Shown: positions 39,872 through 51,588 of the stretch, piece after piece
Numbering within the stretch: position 1 is the first letter of the stretch
How the letters are laid out: each line of letters begins with the position of its first letter
Assembly: GCA_964016885.1 (NCBI GenBank)
Contig: OZ024758.1
Span: 15,624,001-15,688,000, forward strand
Reading direction: 5' to 3'
DNA length: 64,000 nucleotides
From: Eledone cirrhosa
Taxonomy: Eukaryota
Position numbers and translations under genes: made by a program
The notes under the pieces: model-generated
The model's database searches: none
Seen by the model: only the letters and a program-made list of their open reading frames with translations
Told to the model about the DNA's origin: nothing

Positions 39872-40500
39872 CTATAGTGGTCAAGTAGGTGTCACTATAA
39901 AAAGTACCCAGTCCACACTGTTAAGTGGTCAAGTGAGTGTCACTATAAAAAGTACCCAGTCCACACTGTTAAGTGGTCAAGTGAGTGTCACTATAAAAAG
40001 TACCTAGTCCACACTCTAAAGTGGTCAAGTGAGTGTCACTATAAAAAGTACCCAGTCCACACTCTAAAGTGGTCAAGTAGGTGTCACTATAAAATGTACC
40101 CAGTCCACACTGTTAAGTGGTCAAGTAGGTGTCACTATAAAATGTACCCAGTCCACACTCTAAAGTGGTCAAGTGGGTGTCACTATAAAAAGTATGTAGT
40201 CCACACTGTAAAGTGGTCAAGTAGATGTCACTATAAAAAGTACCCAGTCCACATTGTAAAGTGGTCAAGTGGGTGTCACTATAAAAAGTACCCAGTCCAC
40301 ACTGTAAAGTGGTCAAGTAGATGTCACTATAAAAAGTACCCAGTCCACATTGTAAAGTGGTCAAGTGGGTGTCACTATAAAAAGTACCCAGTCCACACTG
40401 TTAAGTGGTCAAGTGAGTGTCACTATAAAAAGTACCCAGTCCACACTGTTAAGTGGTCAAGTGGGTGTCACTATAAAAAGTACCCAGTCCACACTGTAAA
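39872..40500 (+). repeat. 48-bp array from the SINE-internal unit, followed by the SINE tail
   Basis: Unit cactataaaaagtacccagtccacactgtaaagtggtcaagtgggtgt. Confidence 0.9.
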
Positions 40501-40864
40501 TCTAGTTGGCATTAGGATGAGCATCCAGCCATAGAAAACAAACCAAAATCAGTTCTGTATGAGCAATGCATGGTCATCTGATCTGGCTTGTTTCACAATG
40601 GGGCAACTCGTCTAACCCTTGTTAGTGTGGAAAAATGGATGTTAAACAGTGATGATGATGATGATAATGAAAACCATCTATCTAAATTAAAATCTCCCAA
40701 CAGAATTTTATATAAGAGATAGATGTTAAGATTAGTGAATGCGCATGGCTTAGTAGTTAGAGCGTTGGACTTATGAGGGTGTGAGTTCAATTCCCAAGCC
40801 GGGTGATGCATTGTGCCCTTCAGCAAGACATTTTTTTTCACATTGTTCCAGTTTACTCAGCTGT

Positions 40865-41060
40865 AGATCAACTTTCACAACTTCTGCCCAGATCTTCCTC
40901 GGTCTCCCTCTACTGCAACTTCCGACCACTGGGATTTCTTGGCACTTCTTTACCAAACGATCACCATTCATACACATCACATGTCCATACCAGAACAGTC
41001 CCCTCTCCTGCACACTACATTTGATTCCTCCAAATAACCAGTTTTTCTCACAGCTCATCC
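40865..41060 (-). mobile_element. RTE LINE 3' fragment fused to a SINE piece
   Basis: LFWYGHVMCM..RGRPRKIW. Confidence 0.75.
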
Positions 41061-41137
41061 ATGCATATTAACAATCCTTAAAATTACATGCAAGTTTCTA
41101 CACCATATATTTCTCTCTAAAATGCTTGGTTAGTATA

Positions 41138-42041
41138 CAAGGTGTGTCAGAAAAGTTTCAGGACTGATGTCACAAAAGATTTATTTCAAACCCAAACTTC
41201 ACACTAAGAGTTTTCTCCTTCAAAGTAATCCCCCTGGAGTATGTAACTGTAATCTTAGTTCTCTGCAGCGATCAAACTTTTTTCTTCATAATTTTATATA
41301 CATGCCCTCTGTCTCAGGTCGTCAAGCAATGAGCACAGAGCAACGAACAAACTTGAAGTTTCTGGTACGGTTGGGGAAAACTCCGTCAGAAGCACTGGGA
41401 TTGCTGCAGCAAGTGTATGGAGATGAGATGATGTCATGCTCACGTGTTTTTGAGTGGTGCAAGAGGTTTAAAGAAGGACGCGAGTACATGGAAGATGACT
41501 CCAGGAGCGGAAGGCCCTCAACAACCAGGACTGAGGTCAACGTTGAGCGCGTCAGGCAGATGGTGCATAGCGATCATCGGCTGACTGTTTGACTGATGGC
41601 AAATGAGCTGGGCATGAATCGGGACAGCGTCTGGAAGATTTGGACATGCGGAAAGTCTGTGCGAAGATGGTGCCAAAACTGCTGAACGATGACCAGAAGG
41701 GTCGACGCATGCAAGTGTGCCAGGACATCCTCGAGCGTCTTGAAACCGAACCAGACTTGCTAGGGACAGTCATCACCGGTGATGAGTCATGGATCTTCGA
41801 GTACGACCCGGAGGAGACCCATTTTGAAGACGTGGATGGCATCAAAAAGGCCGTGACGACGGAACTGCGGAGGATCCCGGAAGAATCCTTCCAGGAGTGC
41901 ATGCAAGCGTGGCAGAAAAGGATGGAAAAGTGATTTAGACTCCAGCGGGATTACTTTGAAGGAGAAAACTCTTAGTGTGAAGTTTGGGTTTGAAATAAAT
42001 CTTTTGTGACATCAATCCTGGAACTTTTCTGACACACCTCG
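41138..42041 (+). mobile_element. Internally deleted mariner transposon with ~103-bp inverted ends
   Basis: TA TSD; HTH region EQRTNLKF..RSGRPST, KMVPKLL, VITGDESWIFEYDPE, C-terminal DYFEG; most of the catalytic domain is missing. Confidence 0.92.
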
Positions 42042-42169
42042 TATACTTTACATACTAACACACCACATATTTCTCTCTAAAATGCGTGGTTAGTATATAA
42101 TTTACATACTAACACACCACATATTAAATATTTTATAACTTTCAAACATCAATCGAGATAAATACATAC

Positions 42170-42256
42170 CTCTTTATCGTGTCCGAATGCAATGTAGAAG
42201 GTTCGATTGGGCCTAAATTCAAAGTTCAGAGCATAATCTAACCCCTCCATGATACC
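42170..42256 (-). CDS. PM20D1: PM20D1-like exon (87 nt)
   Basis: ttcag|GIMEGLDYALNFEFRPNRTFYIAFGHDKE|gtatg; compare PRRSFFISLGHDEE. Confidence 0.92.
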
Positions 42257-43736
42257 CTGAATAAAAAAAAAAAGAAGAGACTTATGTTTATGAAAATTAA
42301 TTTTGTTGAAAATAAAGTTTTATTTCAAAAATCTCTTGCCGGTTAACCCTTTAGGATTTAAACTGGCTGTATATGGCCAGAATTCTCTTACCTCTTTCTG
42401 TGTTCAAACCAGCCGTAACTGGCCACTCATACCAATGTTAAGGTATTGTTTTCATAATAAATAATATCAAAATCTCATAGATTTGATATTATGTGAGATA
42501 ATTATGTGATGTAAAGCCTTTACTATGAAAATATAATAGTATATATAGAGTAATGTAAATGGTAAAGGGTTAAACCGGCCATATCTGGCCAGAATTCTCT
42601 CACCTCTTTCTGTTCAAACCGGCCATAACTGGCCACTCATACTGATGTTAAGGCATTGTTCTCAAAATAAATAATATCAAAATCCTATAAATTCGATATT
42701 ATGTAAGATTAGCTTTTATCTTTAAAATGCAATAGTAAATATAGAGTAATGTAAATGCTAAAAGGTTAATGTTAGAACTGCCAAAAATATTTTAAACCTT
42801 TCAAGACCATATTTCTGATGGAATACACTATATTTTAATTAATTGATGAAGAATTTCGAAGGATTCACTAAAATCATTTTATTGCTTCAAAATAGCTTCA
42901 CAATTTCTGTCATTTCCCTTACGACACCACAGGTGGACATAGGGGCATGGTGCAGCTAAGACGAGGTCTTGGTAGCGATCTCTTGCCATTGACAATCATG
43001 GAGAGTCATCATCAGGATATCCAAGGCTGCCTGCACTCTCATGGGCAAAGCGCTAGTGCCATTCATCAACCAGGCACTCGCTACCAACAGCCTGCAAGAC
43101 TGGAACAAATTTTTCAGTTCTGCAATTATTCTTGGGATCCCGATGGCAGGGGAGGATTCGGGCCCCTCCTTGACCTTGAGGCAACATAGCTTCCTTCTGC
43201 CCCCCCCCCCCTCCACTTACCAAGTAGCCTCTTGCTTCTCTCATGCTGTCCACCAGCACCAACACCACTATACATGCAGTCCTTTTTCAAGCAGTTACTT
43301 ATCACTAGTAAACAAACATCTGGGCTATAATTTGCAAGTCATTTAACCCTTTAGCATTTAAACCAGCCATATCCAGCCAGAACTCTCTCACCTCTTTCTG
43401 TTCAAACTGGTCATAACTGGCCACTCATGCCTACATTAAGGCATTGTTCTCAAAATAAATAATATCAAAATCTCATAGATCCGATAGTATGTAAGATCAT
43501 TTTGTAAGATAAAGCCTTTACTATGAAAATAGAAGAATAATATAGAATAATGTAAATGCTAAAGGGTTAAAGGAACAACACTATGACAGGCAACCTAGTT
43601 TGTTTTTTTCAATTCTATTTTGTTTAGTTTTTAATTCTGTTAAAGGTTAAATTTATATTGAAAACTTTTTGAAATAGATACACAGGATAGCTGCACAGAA
43701 ACTGAGGTAATTTTGGGAAGTAGACCATATAATGTT

Positions 43737-44397
43737 ACAACAACAGCAACAGTGACAACAGCAACAATAGTAACAGTGACAGTAACAGCAACAGTGACAG
43801 CAGCAACACTAACAACAACAATAGCAACAGTGACAGTAACAGCAACAGTGACAGCAGCAACACTAACAACAACAATAGCAACAGTGACAGCAACAGCAGC
43901 AACACTAACAACAACAATAGCAACAGTGACAGCAACAGTGACAGCAGCAACAAAAACAACAGCAACAACAGTAATAGCAACAACAGCAACACTAACAACA
44001 ACAATAGCAATAGCAACAGTGACAACAACAATAGTAACAACAACAGCAACAGTGACACAGCAGCAACAACAGTAATAGCAACAACAATAACAGCAACAAT
44101 GACAACAACAACACCAACAACAGCAACAATGACAGCAGCAACAACAGTAATAGCAACAACAGCAACACTAACAACAACAATAGCAATAGCAACAGTGACA
44201 ACAACAACAGCAACAGTGACACAGCAGCAACAACAGTAATAGCAACAACAATAACAGCAACAATGACAACAACAACAGCAACACCAACAACAGCAACAAT
44301 GACAGCAGCAACAACAGTAATAGCAACAACAGCAACACTAACAACAACAACAATAGTAACAACAACAGTAGCAATAGGAGCAGCAACAATAAACAAC
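43737..44397. repeat. (CAA/CAG)n-type degenerate trinucleotide tract
   Basis: Direct reading; intronic. Confidence 0.93.
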
Positions 44398-44559
44398 ATG
44401 ATTCAAATTCAGAAACATTGGAAACATAAAGGCTGAATCAAATGAGATAATCTTATGAAACGTTTATCAAATATCAAAGATGTAATGAGATAATAAAGAA
44501 GAAGACTATTGTATTGTCTTTCAAGTTCTATTAACATCTATCATTAACCTTCTTCAGCC

Positions 44560-45088
44560 CACTTTCCCATGACAGCATTATCTAAAAACAACAGGGTTCT
44601 CTCTATGAACGAAAGGCAGGTTATATGATGCCTGTGTGAGATGCGCAACGCTGCATGGTAGTGAGAGATGGGCAACAACTGCAGATAATGCAAAGGCTGG
44701 AGAGAAATGAAGCAAGCATGCTCCAATGGATGAGCAATGTCAATGTGTGTGAGCGACCAAGCGTGGACAAGTTGAGAGTGAAACTGTGTATAAAGAGGAA
44801 TAAACTGTAGTGTGCAGGAGAGAAGACTGCATTGGTATGACTAATGTGATGTGCATGGATGATGAACACTGAGTGAAGAAGTGCCAAGTAATCCCAGTGG
44901 AAGGAAGACACAGTGGAAGGAAGACACAGTAGAGGAAGACCACGAAAAACATGGACGGAGGTGGTGAGAACTGACCTCAGATCACTGAAACTCACGGAGG
45001 AGATGACGAAGGACGAAGGACTGTGCTGAAGAGGACCTGTCCCACCCTTGCATGCAGGGAAAAGCGGACGTTAAAATGACGATGATGA
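44560..45088 (+). mobile_element. RTE LINE 3' fragment; shorter tails at 2497-2650(-), 38262-38400, 62935-63127
   Basis: RRLHW..RGRPRKTWTEVVRTDL..EMTKD; ends cccacccttgc..gggaaaagcggacgt..(atg)n. Confidence 0.82.
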
Positions 45089-46956
45089 CCAAGGCAGCGA
45101 ATTGGCTGTATTGCTAGAGCGTCCAGATAACATGCTTTGTGGCATACAGTTACATCCCTTCATGTTCTGAGTTCAAATCCTGCCAATGTTAGCTTTGACT
45201 GATTTTCATTCCTACAAGGTCAATAAATTAAATAAAGTACCAGTAATGCACTGGAATCAGTTTAATCAACTTTCCTCTCCCTAAAAAAATAATTGTTGGC
45301 CTTGTAGCTAAATCAGAAATCATTTTCTAAAAACATCCTATCCTAGCATGGGAAAGTGGACACAAAAAAAAAAAAAAAAATACCAATGATGATCCTCTTA
45401 ACCAAATATACACCCCAATCCACTACTCCTACTCTATCCTCCCACTCCCACCAACACCACCCTCTCTCTGTAAAGTTGGTACCACAACATTCAGTCCAAA
45501 TAAATGAGATTGAGATCGGGTAGGTGTCACGACAAAAAAACACACAGTGTAATGTGGCCGTGTAATGTCCACGCTGTAATGTGGCCATGTAGGTAACTCT
45601 GTGAGAACCTCCCAGTCCACACTGTAAATGTTGTTGGTGTTAGGAAGGGCATCCAGCCGTAGAAAACCTGCCAGACAGTCCTATATGAGCGAGACACGGT
45701 CACCCGGCCAACCTTGCCTCAAGTGGGACAACTCCCGTCTAACCCATGCTAGCATGGAAGATGGACGTTAAACGAAGATGATGAGATGATGATGATAAAA
45801 TAAAATGATCAAATAACCTGGCTTTGTTTCTGTTGGTATTGATCTGAAACAGGGGATAATCTTACTGTTCAATCAAGGAGAGAGGGGCAACTGCCAACAA
45901 CAAACCTGTAACAACTGATTTAAACTTTCAGTATTCAACCCAAACATATCCAGCCAGAATTCTCACACTTCTCTCTGTTCAAACCAGCCCTTCATACTTA
46001 CGTTAAGGTATTGTTCTCAAAATGAATAACATTAAAATCTCATAGATTTGATATTATGTGAGATAATTATGTGAGGTAAAGCCTTTACCATGATCATACA
46101 ATAGTATATGTAGAGTAATGTAAATGGTAAAGGGTTAAAGGACATGTGGAACCAAGCAGAATTTTAACACATAATTAGCTACCAAATGTTGGTAGAAGCA
46201 AGAAGCAATCCTAGCACTGTACCATTGCAACACCTCATCCAATTAGTAGTACTAATTAGTCTATTGCTATTGAAACAGCCTGCCATTGAAATATTCTAAT
46301 TATATAAGCTGGATAAGGTGCTGACCAATGGAGTCATGCCATTAGCACTACAATGGCTTCAGAGTACTAAAACTGTAAGTTGAAACCACTAACATTTCCC
46401 CCACTGTTGTTGTTTAGCTCTAGATCTGATCAAAGCTGTTCCATCTATAATTACTCTTCTTTAACTCTTTAACATTTAAACCGGCCATATCCGGCCAGAA
46501 TTCTTTCACCTCTTTCTGTTCAAACTGGCTGTAACTAGCTGCTTATACTGATGTTAAGGTATTGTTCTTAAAGTAAACAATATGAAAATCTCATAGATTC
46601 AATATTGTGAGATAATTATGTGCGGTAAAACCTTTACCATGAACATATAACAGTATATATATAGAGTAATGTAAATGGTAAAGGGTTAAACAAACAAAAC
46701 AAACATCTATCTAGAACTACAACAATTGCTTTGAGGCCAGTACTCACTGTAAATGAGGTTATCATTAGGAAGGGCATCCAGCTGTAGAAACCAAGCCCAA
46801 ATCAGTTCTGTATGAGCAAGACATGGTCAGCTGACCTGGCATTGCTCACAACAGGACAAATCGTCTAACCCATGCTAGCGTGGAAAAATGGACGTTAAAC
46901 AATGATGATGAAGATGATATATATAAAAAACCAAGACAACATTCAACAGTACATAC

Positions 46957-47189
46957 CATTACATTTTGTTTCGCACTGAGAGTACCTCTACCATAAATGT
47001 AGTCACCGTCGACTTTTCCAGAAAAGGGAGGATATTTCCAGTTATCTTTTCTGACAGGCAAAACATCTAAATGTGCTGATAACAAATAGGGTTTTAGGCT
47101 TTTGTTTGTTCCAGAAATTGTATACAACATGCTGTGTTCTCTAAAAATTTCATATCTTATGAAAGGGCTGCTGTGAATCAAAGGAAAAG
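46957..47189 (-). CDS. PM20D1: PM20D1-like exon (233 nt, first one located)
   Basis: ttcag|FPLIHSS..LKPYLLSAHLDVLP..WKYPPFSG..IYGRGTLSAKQNVM|gtatg; the ten exons join in frame (1256 nt). Confidence 0.94.
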
Positions 47190-47559
47190 CTGAAATATAG
47201 AAATGTAAACAAATAACCAAATAATGATTGATCTCGTAAAAAATAGCAGCCAAACCTCCCTCAAAACACACCCAAACAGCTTTAAAAAGGATATATTCAA
47301 CAATGTAGTCTGGGTACACTATTTCCGGGTTAAAAAAGAAAAGATGAGTTTGTCATCTTTGAATCATTTGTCTCCTCAGTGTTAAAGAATAAAAACTAAT
47401 GATAAAATAAAAATATACTTTTTAAAATGAGGACCCCTGAGGGTGTGTGGTCCTAAGCTATAGATTATAGGTAAGTCCAATTTTGTTAATGCCAACCACT
47501 CTACAGAGTGAACTGGGCATATTTGATCATGGCATCAGCACTGCTATTTTATAGAGTAT

Positions 47560-48190
47560 ACTAAGCACATTTTATCGTGACACCAGTATTACCACTTACA
47601 GAGTGTACTGGGTGTATTTTATCATGGCACTAGCACTACCATGTACAGAGTGTACTGGGTGTATTTTATCATGGCACTAACACTACCACTTACAGAGTAC
47701 TGGGTGTATTTTGTCATGGCACTAGCACTACCAGTTTACAGAGTGTACTTGGTATATTATATCATGACACCAACACTACCACTTTACAGAGTACTGGGTG
47801 TATTTTGTCATGGCACTAACATTACCACTTTGCAGAGTGTACTTGGTATATTATATCATGACACCAACACTACCACTTTACAGAGTACTGGGTGTATTTT
47901 GTCATGGCACTAACATTACCACTTTACAGAGTGTACTTGGTATATTATATCATGACACCAACACTACCACTTTACAGAGTACTGGGTGTATTTTGTCATG
48001 GCACTAACATTAACACTTTACAGAGTGTACTTGGTATATTATATCATGACACCAACACTACCACTTTACAGAGTGTACTGGGTGTATTTTGTCATGGCAC
48101 CAGCACTACCACTTACAGATTGTTCTGAGTGTATTTTATTATGGCACCAGAACTACCACTTTACAGAGTGTACTAGGTGCATTTCACCAT
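47560..48190 (-). repeat. 46/48-bp (94-bp dimer) array from the SINE-internal unit
   Basis: actttacagagtgtactgggtgtatttt units. Confidence 0.85.
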
Positions 48191-49337
48191 GACACAAAAC
48201 ACAAAGTGTTTGTTTAGTATTAAGTGCACACAACAAAAACTGGAAGTGTTTATGTTGATATATACTTCGATAAGGCACCGGATATACTTGCAATTAACCC
48301 CTGGTTACGGCTCGCCACCCCTGGTGTAGAAGGCACCCTTGTTGCTTTATTTGTGAATGCTGTTGTTAAGCAGCAAGTCAACCCTAAGCAAAAAGACAAA
48401 CAATTAACCCTTTCACAACCATATTTCTACTGAAACACACTATTTCAATTAGTTAATGAAGAATTTTGAGGGATATGCTAAAATTATTAATTATTTTATT
48501 ACTGAGATAGTAACTTTACTTTGGTTCTTAAATAAAATCATTTTGGAGGATTTTAATTTAAATAGGAACCCTCTTTAAAACATGATTTTGGCAGATCTGG
48601 TAAAGGGTTAAAGGCTCTTGAACAACACTAATACATTGGGAACTACATTGTCCAAGATGGTAGCATGGGACCAATCTATATATAAATTTGAGCGACTTCT
48701 GTCTGTCCGTCACTCAAAGCGTGTATATGTGTGAAAGGTAGGAAGGGAATGGTGAAACAACTATAGCAAAACAGCAGTGTGTGTGTGTAAATGTATGTGT
48801 TTGTGTGAATGTATGTGTTTGTGTGAATGTATGTCTGTGAGTGCGTATTTTTGTAAGGGTGTTTGCGGCGCGTTTATATTTATATACTCATACATATAAA
48901 TGTATGCATATGCACATACACATACGCGTCAACGTGTTGAAAAAAATCCTCGTGTTTCTAAATTTTTTACAGTACATCTTTTTAACACCAAACATTATAT
49001 TAGGTAAGGTGTTAGAGCATTGCTGGGAGCTCGTGAAAGAGGAACTATTAACGAAGGACCTTTACTGTAGACTTGTTACTGAACTGGCCAGCAGTGGAGG
49101 CACTTCCGGTTAAGCGAGTAATAACAAGACCTGAAATTTAGGGGTAGATCGCTCTTCTTTATAAATGTCATGCAATAAACAACAGTTCAACAAATGAACC
49201 GTTTATTGCTATTTTGAGGTAAAACTTTAATTAAAACCTATAAAGGCATCAAATTATCTGAGGATGTTGCGGTGAAACAAAAACGATTAGGAAACTCTGT
49301 AGTAGTGTGTGATTTGAAATGAGTTTCGTCTGCTATT

Positions 49338-49728
49338 TCTAGCGACCAGCATAATAACTCCCCTCAGCTTTAACAACCACATAATGGCTCCCTACAGCTC
49401 TAGCGACCACATAACTCCCTACAGTTCTAGCGACCACATAATAACTCCCTACAGCTCTAGCGATCACATAATAACTCCCTACAGCTCTAGCGATCACACA
49501 ATGGCTCCCTACAGCTCTAGCGACCACACAATGGCTCCCTACAGCTCTAGCGACCACACAATGGCTCCCTACAGCTCTAGCGACCACACAATGGCTCCCT
49601 ACAGTTCTAGCGACCACATAATGGCTCCCGACAGCTCTAGCGACCACATAATGGCTCCCGACAGCTCTAGCGACCACATAATGGCTCCCGACAGCTCTAG
49701 CGACCACATAACTCCCTTCAGCTCTAGC
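49338..49728. repeat. 30-bp minisatellite
   Basis: Unit atggctccctacagctctagcgaccacaca. Confidence 0.95.
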
Positions 49729-49895
49729 TATGACAATGCCGTCTTACTGTATATTACTATATTTCTAACGTGTCGTCCCTTTGTCTTGTTTTGTTTTCTT
49801 AAAGGTAGTTGGGTGATATTTCACATGGTATTTGTAATGTTATTCTGAAAGTATTGTGAGCAATTTGTAATGTTATTTATATATATATATATATA

Positions 49896-50330
49896 TGTAG
49901 TAAGAGTTGCCTCCCCTGCCATGACAATCTCATCACTGCTCTCTAGACAGGAAGTAGGTGGAGTTGCTTCCCTTTGGGATTGACCAGACTCCCTGGTGGT
50001 CACTTCCGGTCAACAGATATAAAAGGAGCGGTTTACCACGAGATCTCTCTCTCGCCTCCTGATTCCTGAAGTGGTAACACCTTCGACCATAGCTTGTGAT
50101 TCCTTCTTGACGACCCTTTCGTTACCAAGCACAATGCAGCTTGCAGCCTGAGATGAGAGCCTAAGATGTTTCTACCAACTTTAGCCATGTATTATGACCA
50201 TCGGGTAACAAACCCTTATATTTAATGCCTTTTGACTTCCATGAAGTAAAAACTTTATTACCACACACACACACCGGTATTTACTGTCTTTTATATTATG
50301 TTGCATGTACACCGATATTTATTTCCTAAA
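49896..50330 (+). repeat. 5' LTR (435 bp)
   Basis: Direct repeat of 57521-57953; about 5 substitutions and one 2-nt indel by eye. Confidence 0.95.
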
Positions 50331-50331
50331 G

Positions 50332-50352
50332 TGGTGACCCCCGACGTGATTT
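50332..50352 (+). promoter_or_regulatory. Primer binding site, tRNA-Trp type
   Basis: tggtgacccccgacgtgattt complements the metazoan tRNA-Trp 3' end (..aaatcacgtcggggtcacca), with one extra C. Confidence 0.82.
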
Positions 50353-50793
50353 AAAAAAAAAAAAAAAAAGAATGGGAAATGGTATACGGTGTATTTAATA
50401 TGATATAAAAAAACAAAGAGAAAAATATAACACCTACAATTATTGACACACAGACAAACCGCAATTGTATAAATGTTTTCACCATTCTGTTTTCTCTCCT
50501 TTTCTGCCTTTCGCTTCTCTCGCTAAAAAAATTTATGAGGATGACAAAATGGAGTCCCTCTTCTCCATCAATAGTGTTTTTGGCGCGAAATAGTCCGCCA
50601 TGTTGGATTTTTTTGTTGAGTTTGTAGGTTCCTCGCACTTAACGTAGATAACAGCATTCAAGTAATCGCTTGTTCGCACATTGTCCCGGATGCATTATTT
50701 TTCCGGTTCAGTGGTCTGACGAAAGAATTTAGTTTTCATTTTCTGTTACCTTAGAGACATTTTTCCCAAACGGTAGATTACTACGGCATACCA

Positions 50794-51588
50794 ATGGCTT
50801 CCCACTCTGTTCTGCCAACGTACACGGGCGACGTAAGGTTATGGTTCTCGCAGTTAGAAGCTTTCTTCAGGGCGAACAGAGTTGACGAGGAACTACAACA
50901 TTCTGTGGTCCTCAGCGCAATTCCGCCGGCAATTCTCCCAGTGGTCAAGGACCTCGTGTTAGAGGCAACGACAGAATCGTCGTACACGTCTCTGAAGGCT
51001 GAAATAATCAGCCGGACAGAACAGTCGTCAGAGCAGAGATTTAGGGCTCGGGTCCACCTGGAGCATATAGGGGATGGCACCCCATCGAACCTCCTTAGGC
51101 GAATGAAGGACCTAACGGAGGGGTCTGCAGCGGAAACTGTCCTGCTGAAGCAGTTGTTCTTTTCGCGCCTGCCGACAAACGTACAGGCAATTTTGGCCCC
51201 CATGAGGCATTCAAGCACGGTTGAGCAGCTTGCCTCATCTGCAGACAAAATTTTCGAGGTGACGAATGCCGGAGACAGCGACCCCCTCGCCGCTGTTCAA
51301 CACCCAGCTCGGGCCACACACGGCCATGCGATCTACGCGGCAGCACCAACAGACAGCTCGACTATCATTGCGATGCAAAGGTCCATTCAGGAGCTCACCA
51401 TGGAGCTCCACAAGATGAAGGCCTTGTGTGGTGGCTGTTCGCGCTCCCGCAGTCGCGGGAGATCGCAAAGTTTCAGACGGCGTTCCAAATCACCAGCTTC
51501 ATCCCTATGCTGGTACCACGAGCGATTCGCTGAGAACGCGAAGCACTGCGCGCAACCTTGCTCCTATCATAAGGCGGGAAACGCATGA
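50794..51588 (+). CDS. gag: Gypsy gag (264 aa, intact)
   Basis: LWFSQLEAFF, GDGTPS.LL, RS-rich region, CWYH..F...A..C..PC. Confidence 0.9.
   Translation: MASHSVLPTYTGDVRLWFSQLEAFFRANRVDEELQHSVVLSAIPPAILPVVKDLVLEATTESSYTSLKAEIISRTEQSSEQRFRARVHLEHIGDGTPSNLLRRMKDLTEGSAAETVLLKQLFFSRLPTNVQAILAPMRHSSTVEQLASSADKIFEVTNAGDSDPLAAVQHPARATHGHAIYAAAPTDSSTIIAMQRSIQELTMELHKMKALCGGCSRSRSRGRSQSFRRRSKSPASSLCWYHERFAENAKHCAQPCSYHKAGNA

Noticed and set aside
43713-44399. Mucin-like Thr-rich or poly-Leu ORFs
   Set aside because: Trinucleotide low-complexity tract inside an intron
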